A DNA stretch of 64,000 nucleotides. Source: Ptychomitrium polyphyllum (lineage: Eukaryota). The notes beneath the pieces are model-generated. The model was not told where the DNA came from and made no database searches. It was given only the letters and a program-made list of their open reading frames with translations. The stretch lies in NCBI GenBank assembly GCA_973851085.1, contig OZ316775.1, positions 18,662,001 to 18,726,000 on the forward strand. The letters are read 5' to 3'. Below are positions 61,972-64,000 of this stretch, piece by piece. The position numbers were made by a program, and so were the translations under genes. Positions within the stretch are counted from its first letter, which is position 1. Each line of letters opens with the position of its first letter.

Positions 61972-63691
61972 GTTTAACAAACAACTAGATAATTTACTAT
62001 ATTCGGACTGGGCAGCCACAAATTAATCTCCATGATTTTTTTTCTACCGGATTTTCAAAAACTACTTACGAGCTTTTTAGAATACCTTGAAGTAGCCCAC
62101 ACACTACAGTATCCCAGTGTAGGCAAGGAAGAAATAACAGTGCTGTGCAAATATTGCAGAAGGGCATTCAAATTCTACAATCATGATCCAAATAAAAGCA
62201 TTTCTCATGAGTTTGAGTAACTCATTCACACTGCGAATAATGATTGGTGTCGGCCTGCATCAGCGACGGTTTGGGGTACATCGTCCTGCGCAGACGGGCG
62301 TCCGCTTCCGACGCCGGAGCCTGCCGCCACGTTGGCGAGCAGGAATGACGAGGTCCGACCCCGGGTGCACCTGCCTTACATCTTCCCTGCAAAGGCTGCA
62401 CCTTTGCTGGAAGCCAACCAGTGCGTGTGGATCCAGCCCCCAAGTAAGCTCGCATTTTCTCCTACAGTTGCTACATTTGGACTGCGAGTTCCACCCGAGT
62501 TGTCTTCCTAGAGAGGCCTGCGATTCCTCCAAGCCTGCACTGACTTGGTACTGGTCATCCAAGCTCTGGGTAACACCATGATCCCGTCGTTTCTAGCATG
62601 GCAGTATCGCCTCCATTGCCATCGCTGCTGTCGCCGTGTTGCGTCCCCTGCTACTGTAGATCGCGTCCAGAGGGCCTTCGGATTCAAGTGGCAACTCTCC
62701 CTGGAGGTTTCTGTGGAGGCGCTCTGTGCGTTCGTGTGTGAAGGTGTGAGATCTGACAGTACGTGCATGTTGTCTTTGGTATTCGTGGTGTGTAGTGTCT
62801 AGTTTTCTTCGGAAGGTAGCACTCCTATACTTTTGGTGGATGTCCACTTCCGTGGATGTAGGTACATGGTGTGCGCTTTGGTCTATGTCTGTGCATAGAC
62901 TATTGTTGTGGATATAGATACAGGGTAATAGATCTTTGGTGTGATGGAGAAACAAAAACTTGAATTGTTGTTGTTCTTGAAAAGGGACCGAAATCTTCTT
63001 GTCTTTGGAAACATAGGATTTGAGTGTTTTGAGTGGGGTGTAGGAAGTTGTGGTTTGGATCTTGAAATTCGGAGTTTGGGTGCTTGATGTATTTGGAGCT
63101 ATTTTATTGTTTTGGTGGAGTTGGATGTCGTAGGTGAAGTAGGTAGCACGTTTTGCGGTTTTGAGGGTGTCTTAAGGCAGTTAGTAATGGTGGTTGCCAC
63201 GTTTGGTATTGGATGGTGTCGGAGTGGCGGAGAGTGAGAGAGATGCGATTTTGTATTGAAGGGCTAGGTTTTATGAGATTGTTAGTTTCAGGAGATTCGT
63301 GCTGGAAGCCTGTAAGTGGGTCTTCGTCGCTGGGTGAGGGTCTGTAAGGTTGTGTTTTTTAGCTTAGAGGTTCAGTTGTCGGTTGTGCATCTGTGCTTGT
63401 GAATGCTGTTCATGTGCGCTAATTTTCTTTTGGTTGAATCCATTTTTGTAGGGGCTACGAGTGTGAGGAGACCCTTATCACGATGTGCTTTGTAGTTGAG
63501 GTGGCTGTGGACGATTCTCCAGGTTGAGGGCGGTTTGGCGGGTATATTGGCTTCCAACTTTAACAGCCTGCTCAAGAAATGTAGATCTATTTGTGCTGAT
63601 TGTGTTGTTTCTCAGCAGAAGGAAATCCTTTCTTGCAAGGCACAGTACAAAGCCCTAAACAGAGTGTGAGACACAATTTCAATCACCTTCG

Positions 63692-64000
63692 ATGGCGTTC
63701 GCTTCCAGGTCACTTTCTCGGATCGTTCCTGTTCTGAGACAGGGAGGTTCAGGGTTAGAGTCCGAAATGAGCGGTATCAGTGAGTACGGGGTGCCAAAAT
63801 TTTACGAAGATGAGCAACCACGACTTCACTTTCCGGGAGCAGTGAGGAAATTCGCCTACCGGTTTGACGGGAATGGAAAATTTGTGAAGAAAGAGTGGGA
63901 TTTGATGATAGATCAAGGAGCAGGTTTCTGCTGGTACCATGTTGAGCTTCCGAGGTCAAGCCAGAAACTATCCACGTCAGCAGAGTATCTCATAGATGTC
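63692..64000 (+). CDS. CorA-like Mg2+ / ZntB-like transporter family protein, 5' part (runs off the window)
   Basis: Open from ATG 63692 to the window end (103 codons): ..HFPGAVRKFAYRFDGNGKFVKKEWDLMIDQGAGFCWYHVELPRSSQKLSTSAEYLIDV. This matches the plant CorA-like N-terminal motif AYxFDG..KEWDL..FCWYHVELP..QKLS.SA.YLI. Confidence 0.85.
   Translation, partial: MAFASRSLSRIVPVLRQGGSGLESEMSGISEYGVPKFYEDEQPRLHFPGAVRKFAYRFDGNGKFVKKEWDLMIDQGAGFCWYHVELPRSSQKLSTSAEYLIDV

Overview
Eukaryotic nuclear DNA from a land plant, probably a moss or other bryophyte (inferred from gene content, short spliced introns, and gene blocks separated by very AT-rich decayed islands). Intact genes, in order: 3' part of a group IV CDPK (+), a PRISE/VEP1 reductase (-), a PFP beta subunit with an intronless CDS (+), a LYR-type LysM receptor pseudokinase (-), DMC1 (-, with an AT-AC U12 intron), SMG9 (-), uridine kinase/UPRT-like (-), DCAF13/SOF1 (-), and the 5' start of a CorA/ZntB-like transporter (+, not in the ORF track). 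Decayed elements: a tandem Val-like plus intron-containing Met tRNA pair, a YnbD-like dual-specificity phosphatase pseudogene, an L-type lectin receptor kinase pseudogene, a hAT transposase remnant, MITE-like inverted repeats and one dispersed repeat. The two most interesting observations are (1) a diverged copy of SMG9 exon 1 in the leader of the neighbouring uridine kinase gene that can splice in frame to it, and (2) the terminator-less tRNA pair whose two members are damaged in complementary parts. No CRISPR, rRNA or prokaryotic systems were seen. Family assignments are from recalled motifs, not database searches.
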